From the NCBI RefSeq assembly GCF_009914755.1, contig NC_060930.1: a stretch of DNA of 64,000 nucleotides; one strand, given 5' to 3'. Positions 38,001 through 53,844 of this stretch are shown here, one piece after another; position 1 is the stretch's first letter; the number at the start of each line of letters is the position of its first letter. Below the pieces are notes generated by a model, which was not told the origin of the DNA, made no database searches, and saw only the letters and a program-made list of their open reading frames with translations. Source of the DNA: the human T2T-CHM13v2.0 reference genome, Homo sapiens. The translations under genes were made by a program, and so were the position numbers.

Positions 38001-41000
38001 TAGACGTAATCTCACACAGAGCAGAGCTTTGTGAGGAAGGAGTGAGGGGAGGACCCCAGCAATGGGCTATGGCTTGCATCTGGTGGAATTAAGGCCTCCC
38101 ATCTGTGAGCATTCTAGAAGCAAGTAGCTCCTGTGTAAACTCACCTTCCATACACCCTGAGTGGCTGCCAAGAAAATCTCCTTCCTTTCCTCTCTCCCCA
38201 AAAGATTTCCCTGCCTTCCTCCCTCTTCCTTTCTAATCCCTGACTCTAGTTCCAGTGACAACCCAGGGTGGCATATGTAGTGACAGAACAGAAGATGGAC
38301 AAGAGAAAACTGGCTTGGGTTGCAGGCCACCTCTCCCATCTGCAGCGCTCAGTCCCATCTCCTCCTCCAAAGTCTCTGCTTAGATCCTCTGATTTTAACC
38401 TAAGGCATAAAGAAGGACAATCTATATCTTCATCTATTCAAGAAACATTTATTGCCAGGGATTGTGTAGGGTCCTGGAGAGAAAAACAAGAGGTATAATC
38501 ACCATCATCATGTCTCTCCTCATCACCCAGAGCTGCCAGCGTGAGGAGTATGCTGATAGGGAGACCTCTGGGATTCAGGGAGAAAACAGGAGGAGTCAGT
38601 GGACTTCAGATACAAGTTCCTGGTGAGATAGGATTAAATAGATCAGAGGAGGCTTTGTAATATTATCGAAGGCTCCATGGAGAAGGATGGCTTTCATTTT
38701 AATTTGAATGCTGGAAAAACATAGACCAAGGCATGGATGCAGGTCATTTCATCTCTAAGAGCTGCACTGCACTATGAGATGTAGATTACTTAGCCTGGGG
38801 ACAGCCTGGGGAAGAAGCAGCAGATAAATACAGCTGAAGAGAGTGAGCAGGTCGCACAAAAGCAGAAGGCAAAGGACCCAACTGGAAAGTATGAAGCACC
38901 ATAAACCAGGAGAGCCAAATAGCCTAGACTAGGAGTTTCAGAGTCCTCAGTCAGCCAAAAGCTACTTGTGAGACAGAGTAGGAGGATGTCAGCTGATCCA
39001 CATGACAAGCACTGAAGGTGACCTTGGGCTGGGCTCCCACAGAGGAAAGAAGATGCAGATAGGAATGTGAGTAAATACTCACTGTGGGAAGGCTAGTGCC
39101 TATTCTCTTTCTACAGAGAGGCAAGTGCATTCAATCATTAATTAGAAGAATACTTCATGTTTTCCTTCAGGCAGGTTCCACTCGTACTAAAAGTAGGTGA
39201 GAGTTTTTCGGTAGCTAGAGGCACAGACCACAGGGCCTTTTAACTAAAATCTCCTTCAAGGAGAGGGAGCCGGACTACTTAGAGAGCAATTATCCTGCAT
39301 CACATCAGCTAAGGGTTCATTCTCTTGAAGAGAAGCAGCGCTCTGTTTTGAGACAGGAAATTTGACCGAGCAGCTTCAGTTGTCTTTGTGTCAGTTTCAA
39401 GTATCAAGTGCAAAAGAAAAAGAAGAAAAAAAAAAAAAGATTTCAGACACACCACCTGCTGAGCTTTCCCAATTTAACAAACATGTGAGGTCTGGAGAGA
39501 GCAAATGAGTGCTTTTTAAAAAAATCAGATCAACCCTTTATTCACTTGGTAGCAGTTTCCAAAGGCTGCTGTATTCCTAACGTTACCCCAGAGGACCTGA
39601 GGGGCACCTTCGTGACCCATTAAGGCAAATTTAATCAAATACATCCAGGCCCTAGTACAGTATGCCAGAAGTGGGGCTGTAAAGGTGCCTTCTTTTCTTA
39701 TACAACTCCTCAGCAGGCTGTTTCTTTAGAAAACAGAATTCCATGGACATTAGAAATAATTTCTTTAAGCTTTAACAGGGGACCCAAAACACAAGGGTAC
39801 CCAATTCTAAACTAAACCATTTTAAATAATGAGCAAGTGAGTCAACTAAAACTCACTGCCTACCTCCTCTTAAACCCAGAGTTCTATGAGCTGGAAGGAA
39901 GGAACCTCAGCCTCCTGACTCGGCATCCTTCCCTCCTCCCTCCCTCCATCTCTCTACCTGGTTAAAGCTCAGACCATGAAGATGGAAGGATATCTAGCAG
40001 AATTACAGATTTAGTTAGTATTCCCTCTACTCTATGTAAATGAGAAAAGTTGTTCCCAGATTGTGCTTTCTGAAGGAACAGATCCCCAGCTCACCAGTGA
40101 TATGCACTCAAATAGTGTGCATGTGTGGCTGAAAGCTCAGTGGGAAGGGGCAATCTGTTGCCAGGACTCGTGCCCAGTACTCTTTCAGTTTCCATCGACC
40201 GAGACCTCAGCTCTCCCACCAAGCTCAGATCAAACCCCGCAAATGGAGGAGATGCTCTACAGAAACAGGTCACAGTGTCTGTGTTTGGATTATAGGGATA
40301 GGAAAGCAAGGGACACCCCCAAAAGCATGGACCATATCTCTCTCCTCACCTCTCACAGTGATATCGCTGATCTTCTTTCAAGCTGTTGAACTTTGGCTTT
40401 ATGCTGGCCAAAGGTGCTGAAGCATGTGCTTGATATTCACCTCTCTGTTTCGCATTCTCAAATCTCTATCAAAGACGGCAGTTACAGTAACAGGAAATAT
40501 TTTTATTACTCTTTTAGAAAGAATTTCTTCAAGAAAAATTATGTTAAGCTTAGATTTGGCAAAAATCTTGTCTTATGTATTTTAAAACATTAGTATTCTC
40601 TTTTGATGGGTATTGAAAACTCAATGCAGTATTTCTAAGGCTTCTGATAGTGGCCAATCTCTCAGGAGTAATGATGTTACCTGACTCTGTGCCAAAGAGG
40701 TAAATCACAAGGAAAGTCAGGTTGACAGTGTTAGAACTAGTGTCATTCAACTGTCATCATCTGAGTCCTGTCACAAGGACCTGACCACACAACCTACAGG
40801 CAAAAATCTAGTTTTTATTTTCTTCCTCACACCCGTCTTGCCTTGTAATTTAAAGATAGTTATTTCACCCTTTCTATTGTGGTGTGCTCACATGCAAAAG
40901 AGTTAACAGTATTTATTGGAACTAGTGTTTAGCACTCTCATCTTTAAATAGTCTTCTGACTCAGAAAGTCTTGTGTAGGTTGTTATTTTGAGCCAGATTC

Positions 41001-41544
41001 TCCCAATGTGGAAATTCCTTAGGATTACACTGGGCTCTTTGGAGAAGTCAACTAACTCTTTCAGGTCCGTAGCATAGCATCTAATAACTACTTTGTACCA
41101 TTTTAAAAAATGAGTATAAAAATTAAGCAGGCATGACTATTAGGCAGAAAAGTCATTTTTTTTTTCTTCTGCCATGGAAGCTTCAAGACCTGTGATTTTG
41201 TCTGCAAGCCAATCTAGCACAAAGTGACACGCAACGTAAACATAAAGGTATGTAGAAGTCACACAGAATTGAAGCACTTCTGATGGTGGAAACTGGTGCC
41301 TGCTTGAATCAGAATTCTCTAAATTAATTCTGGATTATCTGAATTCTTTTTATTTTACCTGCAGAGGTGAAGGCGCATATGATACTGAAGGGCATTTTTT
41401 TTCTTTTAATGTCACTTCAGCAGGTAAACATTCATCTTTCAATGGTTCCCTTTTAAAATGTTAACCTCTATGGAGTCTCAAACATGGCTAAAAAGAAAAG
41501 CTCACCTTTCAGAGAACTTTGGAATGTCTCTTTTTTACAGGCAT

Positions 41545-42687
41545 TGAGAGTGTTCTGTCCAGGAATCCACACAGGCTTTAAATACCATCTCTATGTTGAC
41601 AATTTCCAAATTTATGACTCCAGCCTAGACTTTTCCCCTGAACTCCAGACTCACATATCCAATAGCATATTCAATGTCTTCTCTTAGATTTCTAACGAAC
41701 ATTTCAAATTTAAGAGGTCTGAAACTATATTCCTGATTTTATCCCTCCCAACATGTTTTGCCCATCATGTTTTCCATCTCAGTAAATAAAACATCCATCC
41801 TTCTAGTTAGGCCAAAACCCTGGAGCAATCCTTGCCCCACTCTTTAGCTCATACCTTACATCCAGTTCATCAGAAGACCATTTTGGATAAACTTTCACTA
41901 TATATGAAGAATCCAGCCACTGCTCCACCTCCACCGCTAGCATACTTTCTAGCTGCCACTATTGCTCACCTTACTAGTAACGGTGACCTCCTGACTATCC
42001 TCTCTAATTGTACTCTTGTCTCCCAAAAGTCTATTCTCAACGTAACAGCCAGAACAATCCTATTAAACAATGTCATTAGGTGTTATTCATCTCTCAACTC
42101 TTCCAATGGCTTTCCATTTATCTCAGAGAAAAATTCCAATTCTCACAGTGCCTATAAGGCACAATAATTTGCTATCTGATCTCTCTTTCTGGTCACATTT
42201 CCTACCACTCTTGCCTCCCTCTTTCCTTCCCTGTTTCCCTACCTTTGTCCTTCCCTCTCCTTAGCCACACTGGCCTCCTCCTGATTCCTCAAACACCAAC
42301 AGACAGCCCTTCCTCAGGGCCTTGACAATGGCTGTACTATCTGCTTGGAATGGTCTTTCTCACTGATGTCTACCTGGCTTGCTTCCCTACCTCTTTCATG
42401 TCTTTGATCAAATATCTCCTTAATGAGGTCTACCCTGACCAGCCTACTTAAATTGCAGTCTGTGCTCAGCTTTGCTTATTTTTCCTAAAACTTACCACCT
42501 TCTAAAACACTAAAATGCATATTTGTTATTATTTACTCTATCTTCCCTACCACTAGAATGTGAGTTTCCTTGGGAATAAAGTCTCTAGATTTCAGTCTAT
42601 ATTTTCACTAATGTGACCCCAGAACCTAGAAAAATACTTAGCATGTGGTAGTTTCTCAGTATATTATTTGATGAACAAAAGAATGAT
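41545..42687 (+). mobile_element. L2 (L2a-like), ~1.1 kb 3' portion
   Basis: GFKYHLYVDNFQIY (eroded RT motif HLYADDxQIY) in ORF 41484..41687, CCCCTGAACTCCAGACTC, and terminal CTAGAATGTGAG...CCCCAGAACCTAGAA...TTTGATGAA. Confidence 0.88.
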
Positions 42688-42832
42688 TTTTGCTTTTGAC
42701 ATCATTTGCTTAGTAATAAAAATATTGAGTCTGTTAATGCCAAAGTAGTCAGTCAGAAGTAGTGGCCAGGAGGACTACACCAAAGACACCTGATTTCTCT
42801 ATGGAATATTAACTTCCACAGAAATTTAATGA

Positions 42833-42915
42833 AATTAATTAATATTAATATTAAGATATTAATAATATTAATACAATAATATTGTTATTATTTATAATCT
42901 TATTACTAATATAAC
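42833..42915. repeat. AT-rich low-complexity tract containing the 16-bp palindrome TTAATATTAATATTAA (42839-42854)
   Basis: Read directly from the sequence. Confidence 0.85.
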
Positions 42916-43159
42916 ACAAAATTTTCTTTCTTCTATCTTTCATTAAGCATTATAAACTTCCCAACTGATATTTTTTAATAAAGGAGTAGAGAGGTGAGAC
43001 AAGATATATTACAATTTTAAAGTATACTTAAAGCTAGAATTTTCTTGAAAAATATTATCTGTTTTGTTTTAACTATCTGAACAAATATTAATATGGAAGG
43101 ACTGCTGTGACACTGAATAAAAACTTGTTCTCCAGGATCTGTTATTAATAGTGACTATT

Positions 43160-43500
<341 letters not shown>

Positions 43501-45542
43501 TTATGTGAATGTGAATATCAAATAACATTTAATCTTTATGATGCATGCTGGGGTATTGAGGAATCGTAAATGGTAATATGCATTTTACCTCTGAGTTCTA
43601 AGCCAACTAAGAGATAGACTCCAAATATGAACAGATAGAGATTAAAATGTATGCTTTATTGTTGGTTAAAAAATGTATGGGCAAATATGGCTTCACATGT
43701 GGCAAAAATCAAGGGTCTTCTACTTGAAACCCTACACCCACCTACAGTCTAGACCTTGGGACCACCCACTGAAGAAAGAGCCAGGGTCTACTGAGCAGAT
43801 ATTTTTACCAGGCTGACTAAAATGGAAAACACTGCAGAGTCCTGACAGTGAGGAACAAGAGGGATGGATCTGCAGATCAGCCTCTGGAAGGCAGGTCTGG
43901 ACCTAAAATAGTGTGTTCATCACGTGGGGGCAAGAGGAAAGCAAAACACATTCATACTGGAGCAGGCAGATTTGAGAGAGATAAGAAGGAAAGACCAAGT
44001 TACACATGCCTGGGTCCTTCTCCCATGCTTACAGATCAAATAAAGGACTCCTCCTCCCTTGGGTAGAAGTTTGTGAGAAAAATAAATTAGGAAGCCCCCT
44101 TCTCAGTAATCTGGGATCATTGGAAAATTGTTCTGCTGACAGTGAAAGATAACAGAAAAAAAGACAACCATGTATACTCAATTTCAGGTCTCTTTCATCC
44201 CAGAGGACACTAAACTGGCTATAGGATCTGCTTAAAGATCTTTAAGTCCAAATAAATAATATACTTTCTATCACTCCCACTTATAGATTCATATATACGC
44301 AGTACTCCTTCAGATTTGAAGTAGCATATGTTTTCATCACCATCTCTACCAGCAAACCAATCCTCCTGAACCATCTTTTAGCTTTTCCTGCTTGCTTCAA
44401 GAAACCTTACATTCTGAGAGTTTCAGATGAAATATCACAACATTTGTTGTCATTGTAAAAGATCATTTAATATTCCGTGGGCACATGCCATATGTTTTGA
44501 AGGAAGATGATAAGTACTGTTTTGTCACTTTTTCTTGGCAAAATGCAAAATGGAGTGAAAACAAAGACACTTTCCATACATAAAGCTTTAAGAAAATATT
44601 GGGAAAAAATTGCAAACCGAGTTACAATGTGCCATTTCTGAATTTTATTGGTTACAAAAGAAGTTCACAGTTATCCTCCTACCATTTTACAATAGATAGT
44701 TGTTCCCACAGAGCCTTGGCCAACACAGTGCTATGTCATAGAAATCTGCATGGTCTGTTCACTGAATGAATAAGGATCTGTTTTCCCAAAGTATGATGAA
44801 TTCAGCATGCAGTGAATTTCTTAAATAAAAGCAAGTACCCCCCTAGACTTACACTAGGGACTAAATTATGACAATGTGACACATAGGTAAGTGCTCTGCG
44901 ATGGGATTAGGGTTCACACCATCAAATTAAATGCTTTAAAATAGCACAGTTAATATCCGGGGGAATAATAAAGAGAAACACCAAGTAATATATAATCACA
45001 GTATCATACTAGATAGGAAATCAATGGGAAAAAACTAGGTAACACTCTACAGTAGACTGTTTACATTATGGCAATAAATACATGAAACTATAAAGTGTAT
45101 ACAGACATTAAAATTGAAATGTTCTAGTCACTTATTACAAAAAAAAACCTTTTATAGCTAGAATTAAAGAAACAAAACATTTTAGAAATACGCTATGCTA
45201 TATATCATAAGTACTCTAAGTAACACTACAACTAAATAGATCTTCAATATTAGGGCAATAAATGCAAGTCATTCAAAGGAGAATCACAGTACAACTCTTA
45301 AAGGCTTAAGACCAATTTTGACTCAGGTAGGTTATTAATTTCTAGAAAAGTCAGTTGGCTACAAATTGCATTCTTAAATAAATAATGTTAAGCATTCAAT
45401 TCTGAGTGGATGTAACCTTCATCTTTGGAGTGCAACAACTTCAAGTAGCAGCAACACCCAAAAGGAATATTTTAGGTCTCTGTGATTGATGGTGAATCAT
45501 GGTTTTTTTTCACAAAGTGGCTAACTGCGTGACTTCACATAA

Positions 45543-45905
<363 letters not shown>

Positions 45906-48418
45906 TAGATTTGACAAAACTTCCATCTCAGTATGAAATTGTCCTTAACTCATAAAAGCTAATCCTTAAATGGGAATATTATTGGAGAGACATGTATAGA
46001 TGAAAGATTATTCTGAAACAAGAGCCCGAGAATAGAATGCTAGGTAGGCATATGGTCCCTACTTTACTAAGCCCAGGATATGCCCTGAAGTGCCACACAT
46101 TCTTCTCTGGGTAAAGCCTACATGGCAAGCCTTGAAGGGCATCATGTTTGTTATGCCAAGTGAGCTAGGATCCCCAACCCTGTAGCTCCTTGATGCGTAT
46201 TCCGTCTCTCTTGGAAGTAAAATTATGAAAATGTGATGGCAAGGGGGGAGAAAAACAATAAAAAATGTATTTAAACAATACAAAAATTATCACTTGCTTT
46301 ATTTTTTCCAAATATCAAACTAATCAAACTAAAATAGGGAAATACTAAAAGATATCCAGACATTGAAATTTTAATTTTATTTCCAGTGATTTGGGAACCT
46401 TAGTAAAGGGCCTGGAATAGGCAGCCTAGCTAAATAGAATTTTTCATGTTGCCATGTGTGTTCAACTGGCTGTCCTGGCCAGAGCTGACTTCTTACACGT
46501 TGCTTTGCCAGACGTAACAGAGACAGGCACAATCACTGTGATTAGCATTATGTGAGGAATAAACAGTCTGTGGCTGAAGCAGCACGCTCTAAATAGCTTT
46601 CTAACCTAGGTATGACCAAGACATGTAATACATCGAGTAATTTGCCCAATTACATATGTAGTAATTTTCGTTGATACTCATCATGCCTTTTGCAGTTTCA
46701 TTACATGTATGTCTAAATAATATTGAATGTAATTTTTTAGCAGTATTGGTTGGAGCATATTGTGTCTGGTGTAATGCATCTCAGCAAATTTTTTATAATA
46801 ATTTGGATAGCTGTGGCTATTGTTTCTCTCCCCCATTAAACGTGGGGAATCAGAAAAAAAATATATATATATTGGATACCTATAAGATACAGACAATGTA
46901 TTCTGCTGTAGATATTAAAGTGAAATCATATTATTAATGCTATACTTTATAAAATATATGGATTGTCCTATAAATAAGCATATATAGAACATTTGAGTCT
47001 CAATTCAAGTCATTCATTTGAAAAAATGTATCAAATCCAAACACATTTTTATGTTCTCAAATTTGCATACGTTTTTCAGTTCTTTGGGCAATGTTTTATA
47101 ATCCATGTTGTTAAAGAGCTCCTTATCAACCATCAGCTGATTGAAAAAATGTTTATAATAGAAGGACCTAAAAAGACACTCCACGAAATCCACCTGTCTG
47201 CTAGTTCCATAGATGGATTTTCATTTAGTTAGCATTAAATGCATGCCACCCAATTACACCCACATTCTTATTCTTAGCATTTGCAAAGACTGAATACTGA
47301 TCAAAGTAGCTATACTGCTGATAATAGATCCTGTTTGGAGTTTTGACTTCAAGAAAAGTTATTGACTTATTTTTTTCAATTAATAAAGTGGATTTTATGA
47401 AAATAAGTGGACTTAGAGTGAACATATTGGATAGAAAACATATTGGGCAATATAAACTAAGTTAGCAAGTCTTTTGTAAATTTATAGAAGTAATTGGTTC
47501 ACATATTAAATTAATCTTTAATATTTTGGTATAGAGTTAGCGAACAAGTCAAAATTAAAAGGACGAATCTGAAATTACTGGGCATTCTTTTCTGAAGTAT
47601 GACTTATTTCCAATATCTTAGGGAAAAAATAGACTAAAAATAAATATTTAACTCACAAAGAGGTTTTTGGGGGGTAGTTGACTGGCAAACTTGGAGAATC
47701 CACTCAGGATTATGCAATTTCCCTCATCTGGGATCCTTCCAGTGATGTCCAAATATATACTGTTTAAATTAAAATTATAATTTTATGAAAATTTAGCCAA
47801 AGTTTTGAGCATATCTCAAACTTTGAAATACCACGACTGCCACCTCTACCATTATCTATCAAGGCTTAAACCTGTAGGTTGGGATGGACAAGCTAATGCC
47901 ATTAGTCTGGGGTTTTGGTAATTCAATTGGGAGCCTAAATATATAACATGATTATTTTATTAAGTATCATATTGCTTCCTATAAGCAGGTTAAATATGTT
48001 TACCTCTTACCTTTTAAAGATATTATTAATCCAGATGATATGTAATAACTAGTTGACCTAAATTGCTGTTGCTACCTAGTAATCCAGTTTCCCATCCAGA
48101 AGCAGCTCCTACACTGGCAAAAATGGTTCAATCCAGGTGAAAGTGCCTTGAGATCTTCAGGGAGTAGATGCCACATAAGTTTAAAATATTCGTGTTATCT
48201 TTTAAAACGCAATTCTTATTAGCTAGGTAAAAGCTCCTATAGAGAAAAATGGCTGAGAAAGCAGGATGCTGCTGCTACAGCATAAATCCAGGAGTCAAGA
48301 AAGTTGGCACAAGCTCCAGAGGTTCCTCCAATGAACTGGATTATCTTAAGTAGAATTATGTCACTTCTCTCAGTGTCAGTTTCTCCTTTTGTTAAAAATT
48401 GGGAGAGTTGGATGAGGA

Positions 48419-48911
<493 letters not shown>

Positions 48912-49529
48912 GATTAGAAGACAATGAATATTTCTCATTGTAACAAAATTTCATGATGCTATGATTAACCATGAATTTAAATCACTCACTTGCAGAATAT
49001 GCCCAAATCATTGATACCAGTGAATCTTGGTAATAAAAAAGACAGAATGCCAACACCATCTCAAAATTGTTTCAAACTCTTGAATTACTGTAAAACTTTC
49101 AATTAACCAAACATTTGTCAATCCTTACATTTCAGATAATTGTACACCTACATAGAGAAAGTGTTATTTATTCCACATGAATGATTTCTTATCCTGAGGG
49201 ATACATATTATGTGTACAGAAACAATATAACAAGATGAAACTTATACATATATCAAATACAGCTTGCAAGACCAACTCCCTGGTGTATCAAAAACAGTAC
49301 ATTACATCACCATTAGCAGCATCCAAAAGTCAAAGGCAAATGCCTAGTATAGTTTCTGATCTTTTGTAGCAATGTGGGTGGATACACGCCTGATCACAAA
49401 TAGCTCTACTGATCCTTTGAAGGAAAGATATATAAAAATATTTTATGCTTTTTCTAATTTTTTAAAGAAATGAATGGAAAAAACTACGATTTTTTGAACA
49501 ACTGTATGTTAATCCCTTTAAATATATTA

Positions 49530-49700
49530 ATAGTAATAATAACAAATATTCATAAGGGCTTTCTATGAGCCAGGTATTTTTAAATCTACTTTATATGTAT
49601 AAACTCATTGAAATCTAAAAACCACCATAAGAATTAAGTAATATTATCAATCCTGTGAGGTGGATATTAATATTACTGATATTGTGACAACTGAAGAAAT
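49530..49700 (-). mobile_element. MIR fragment
   Basis: AATAATAACAAATATT...CTATGAGCCAGG...AACTCATT. Confidence 0.6.
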
Positions 49701-50394
49701 AAAGAACTAGCGAACGTGATGGGTATAGAGCTGGAAACAGAGTCAGCTACCTCAAATCTCTTTCTGTTGTCTTTCCTGTATTATTTTTTAATGAGGTAGA
49801 AATGATACACATACCTGCATATATCATCTCTCAGGCACAGACTAGCATTAAAATTGGAGTCCATCTAAGCCCAAATCCAAGGTGTTGACTATCCCCATAA
49901 TGCCAAGGACAGGATAATGGTCACAGTCCTAGTATTACTTAGAAACAGCCTCTTCTGTCACAAGGCTCCCCACGATTCCCAGGATAGTATCATATTCTCA
50001 ATTAGGAATAAAATACAGCCTATTATGAATCATATGCCTCTGGACCTGTCAAGAACCTAGTGTGGAATTTTAACCAATAGGAAGGATAATAATGCTTTCA
50101 GAACTTGAAGTCATATGTGAGATTAGAGCTGTTTCAAAATGCACACACTACTTTAAAATGTCTTGGTGGATTGGAAAAGCTAATATGACAGCTCTAATTG
50201 TGCCTAATTTGAACACAAGAAGTAGCTTAGGTCCTTGCAGTATCTTATTTCTAGAGCTCAGATACTGAGGACTGAGAGCAATATCTCACTGCTAATATTT
50301 AACTTAAACACTTTAGGGACCAAGCTTAATTTTAGGAATCTAACTTAAGACTTAATTTCCCTTGAGCATAGAAAATAAAACTGATAACAGCGAC

Positions 50395-50632
50395 CACAGA
50401 TATGGTGGAAAGAAGATAAGCTTTGGACCCAGTCAGACTGGGGGTTGAATCCAAACTCCATCAAATACTATCTGTGTGCTTAGACATAGCAGTTAAGTGT
50501 TCTGACTTTCAGCTTCCTCTCTTTAAAGAGGACACAAATTACACCTTCCTTGTAGGCTCTGTCTAGGACTGCAGGTAATATAGGCAGAGTGCCTGGTACA
50601 TAATAGATGTTCATAAGGTGTAGCTCTTATTC
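50395..50632 (+). mobile_element. MIR (MIRb-like)
   Basis: TGGTGGAAAGA...GCTTTGGA...TTGAATCC...AGTGCCTGGTACATAATAGATGTTCA. Confidence 0.75.
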
Positions 50633-51284
50633 TTAGATATACATGGGTTTGACATGTCATGAAAAAGACTTTAATGTTTGTGTACAGCAACCAATCCTCC
50701 CTATATTACTTACCTGAATTGTTACAACCACATAATTATTTACAAATGCTTATTCAGTTTCCCAAATATATGTCATGGCAGAGTATACCTTTAGATCAGA
50801 AATATTTATTATTGTAAAGAAGAAATCCAGGAGTTGTTCTTTCTTATCTAAAAGTGTACCCTCCACATACTCTGGCACCCAAGATCCCTCTCCAGACAAA
50901 CAGAATCAAATGGGGACATGTAGAAGTGATTATTTCAACCTACTGCAGAAAATATTTGTCTGGAGACTAAACTATTTCAGAATGACTAAAACTAGTGGGA
51001 AAATCATCTACAAGAAAAGTGTAATGATAGAAAGTAACTGCTTCTGTAAATTGAGCTATGGTATGGAAGAACTATAATTAAATAGGTGTTACAAACATAA
51101 ACTCCATACCATAGACTTCTCATGGACTTTGGTACAAGGAAAATTGGTTGCTCTTAACAGGCTGTTTTGCCACCTGACTTTATTGTTTACCTTGCCGTGT
51201 TAACTGCTGGAAACTCAAAACTAAATTGTATGTTCAATCTGAGTACAGTTTTAACTAAGACATTTTTATACAGCTCTCCCTTTT

Positions 51285-52437
51285 CCTGTTTAATTTTTTC
51301 TCTGAAATATTTTAAACAATAAAAAATTTGCAAGTACAATACAAAAAAAAAAAAACACATATTTTCCTCTGAGCCATTTGAAAGTAAGTTTACCAACAAG
51401 ATTCCCCATCACCTCTGAATATTTTAGTGTGTAATTCCTGCAGAGACATTCTCCTACATAACCTCAATAAAAACATCAAAATCAGGAAATTACATTGATA
51501 CATTATCATCATAAAATCCACAGATTTCACTGAAGTTTCACCAGTTGTTCCCATAATGTCATTAGTGACAAACGGATGTCCCAAATTATGCATTACATTA
51601 GTTGTTGTATCTCTTTAGTCTCCTTCAGTCTCAAACAGTTCATTTCTTCCTTGACTTGTATGACCTTGACTGTTTTGAATAATAAAGGCCAGTTTCTATA
51701 ATGTCCCCCTATCTGGGTTTATCTGATATTTCTTTACGATTAGGTTGAGGTGGGTTTTTAAAATTATTTTTGGCAGAAAAGTTACATAAGGTATGCTATA
51801 TTCTTCTTTTCATTCTTATCAGATGACACATGATTTTGAGTTGTTCTTTTGCTTATGATGTCACCTTTGATAATTTGATGATGGTAGAGTTAGCTAGGGT
51901 TTCTCTACTATAAAGTTCCTCCTTTTCTCTTTGTAATTAGTAAGTATTTAGGGGTAGATACTCTGAGACTAGGTAGATTCCAATACTTACCAAACTTTTA
52001 CCCACTGGTCGTGTTTGGCATCTTTTAATGTCTGACAAATGGTGATTTTCTAATCAATGACTCCCCTCTGTGTGTATTAGTATCCTAATTCAATCACACC
52101 TTGTAAATTCATTAGTTAATAAAAGCTTTCTTTTTCACCGTTTATTCATTTATATCTTTATATGAATATTTGTTATTTTGAGGCTCAAATTATCCCAGAT
52201 TGTGGCAGGGAGAGCCCCTTCAAGCTGGCATCTGTGCTGAACACTACCTTAGTTTCTGGTGCAAGATAGTCCAGGGTTATGTTTTACCTCCCCAGACCTA
52301 ACCATAAAACCTATTGTTTTTCCAAGGGGATCTGAATCCTTTTAGGGGAGAATTGTATTTAAGAAACCAGGATCTGGGCACTTCATGTTTTCTTTGTTAT
52401 TGAAGTGTCATTGCTCCTAGACCCATATATATATATA

Positions 52438-52471
<34 letters not shown>

Positions 52472-52815
52472 CCAATTCAACATCACAAAGTTTATTCTTG
52501 TTTTTCCCTTTCCATATATTTGACACTATTCTCCAATAATGAGGAATCTAATTTCTGTTATCATTGTTATACTAACATATTATCCTTATTATATTTATTA
52601 CTTTAATCTCTGCTGTGCCTAAACATCTCACACCACGGTTCCCACACCTCACTCTGGGCCATTGCCATCATCCACCCTCAGGGACATCTTTTGTCAGTGT
52701 ACACAGACTCTGACAACTCAGGTCAATCTGCTTCTGCTGTTGCCCTCCCAGCTTCTAACACCCTCATGAATCCCCACCTTGGTCAACCCCACATAATAAC
52801 TTTTGGACTAAATTA
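51285..52815 (-). mobile_element. L1MC3/4-like 3' UTR, ~1.5 kb
   Basis: GAGCCATTTGAAAGTAAGTT, GACATTCTCCTACATAACC, CATCAAAATCAGGAAATT, GGAGAGCCCCTTCAAGCTGGC, AGAAACCAGGATCTGGGCACT. Confidence 0.8.
52425..52470. repeat. Compound (AT)n-(TG)14 microsatellite
   Basis: Read directly; TG run at 52441-52468. Confidence 0.95.
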
Positions 52816-53844
52816 TTCAGGCAGAAAGAAAGGCAGGAAAGCAGGCAAGCAGTAAGAAAAATTCTCCTCCCCCTTTTACTTGGATTTTATTGTGGGTTTT
52901 TGTACTTACCTTAATAGTTTTATTATATATGGCTCTCTCATAAATTGCCTTATATGCAATTTGAAGGGAATAAACAACATAAAATGATGCAAACAAAAGT
53001 TTCAGTTGGAAGAATTCCAGAACGGTTCTGAACAGTATGAAAGTAGTGTTCATCAAATCTGCATTTTAAGACCTCTCAGAACATGAAAGTCTATTTTCAG
53101 TAACATGCTTCACTCCACAAAAGCCAAGGCAGATAAAAGGAATGGCCCCAGGAACACAAGTGGCGCTTTTGATTCCACATACCTTCTTCCTAGTGCGGAT
53201 GGTGTGTACTACTTGTGTGATCTTCAGCATTTTACTTAATGTTTATATGAGCTGATTTCATCAGCCATAAAAGGAAAAGGCTTGCTCCCTTGCCAACCTC
53301 ACAGGAATGTCATTTTGATTTTTATAAAGCACAGACTATTTTTGAATTTCTTAACAATAGTCAGTATATTCTGAGCTTAAGACCAAGAGAAAATATATCA
53401 TCACAAATTCATGGAGCAGAGCCCCCTGTGGATTTAGGATTAAAGGAAGGAACAATTTCTCAGTCTCCATAACATGATGGTGCAGCCCTATACGACCCAC
53501 TCTTGGGATCTAAACGGAAGGCTGTCAGGCCTTGAGTGGGCATGGAGCCAGCAGCTGATGACCTCTGGTAAGAGACAGAGCACCACTGTTCAGAGAAGCA
53601 GCTGTATCACGTGATTGAACAGGGCCTTGGACATGCCCAACCAGAGTCCTGTCTGCCAGATGTAGATAGCAAGGTAGGAATCAGCAGTCCTGCCTCTGCC
53701 TCCCTAGTCTGCAATTTACTACGTAACCAGGGGTAATTAATTCATTCTAGCTTTCTCGTGCCAGTTATAGGATCTAATGAGTAAAAAGTTCTGATTCATG
53801 TTGGCTCTTAAGAAATACCAGTAGTTCCGAAAATGTTTTTAAAC

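Noticed and set aside
42833-42915. AT-rich palindrome as a cruciform or fragile site
   Set aside because: The perfect palindrome is only 16 bp, far shorter than PATRR-type elements.
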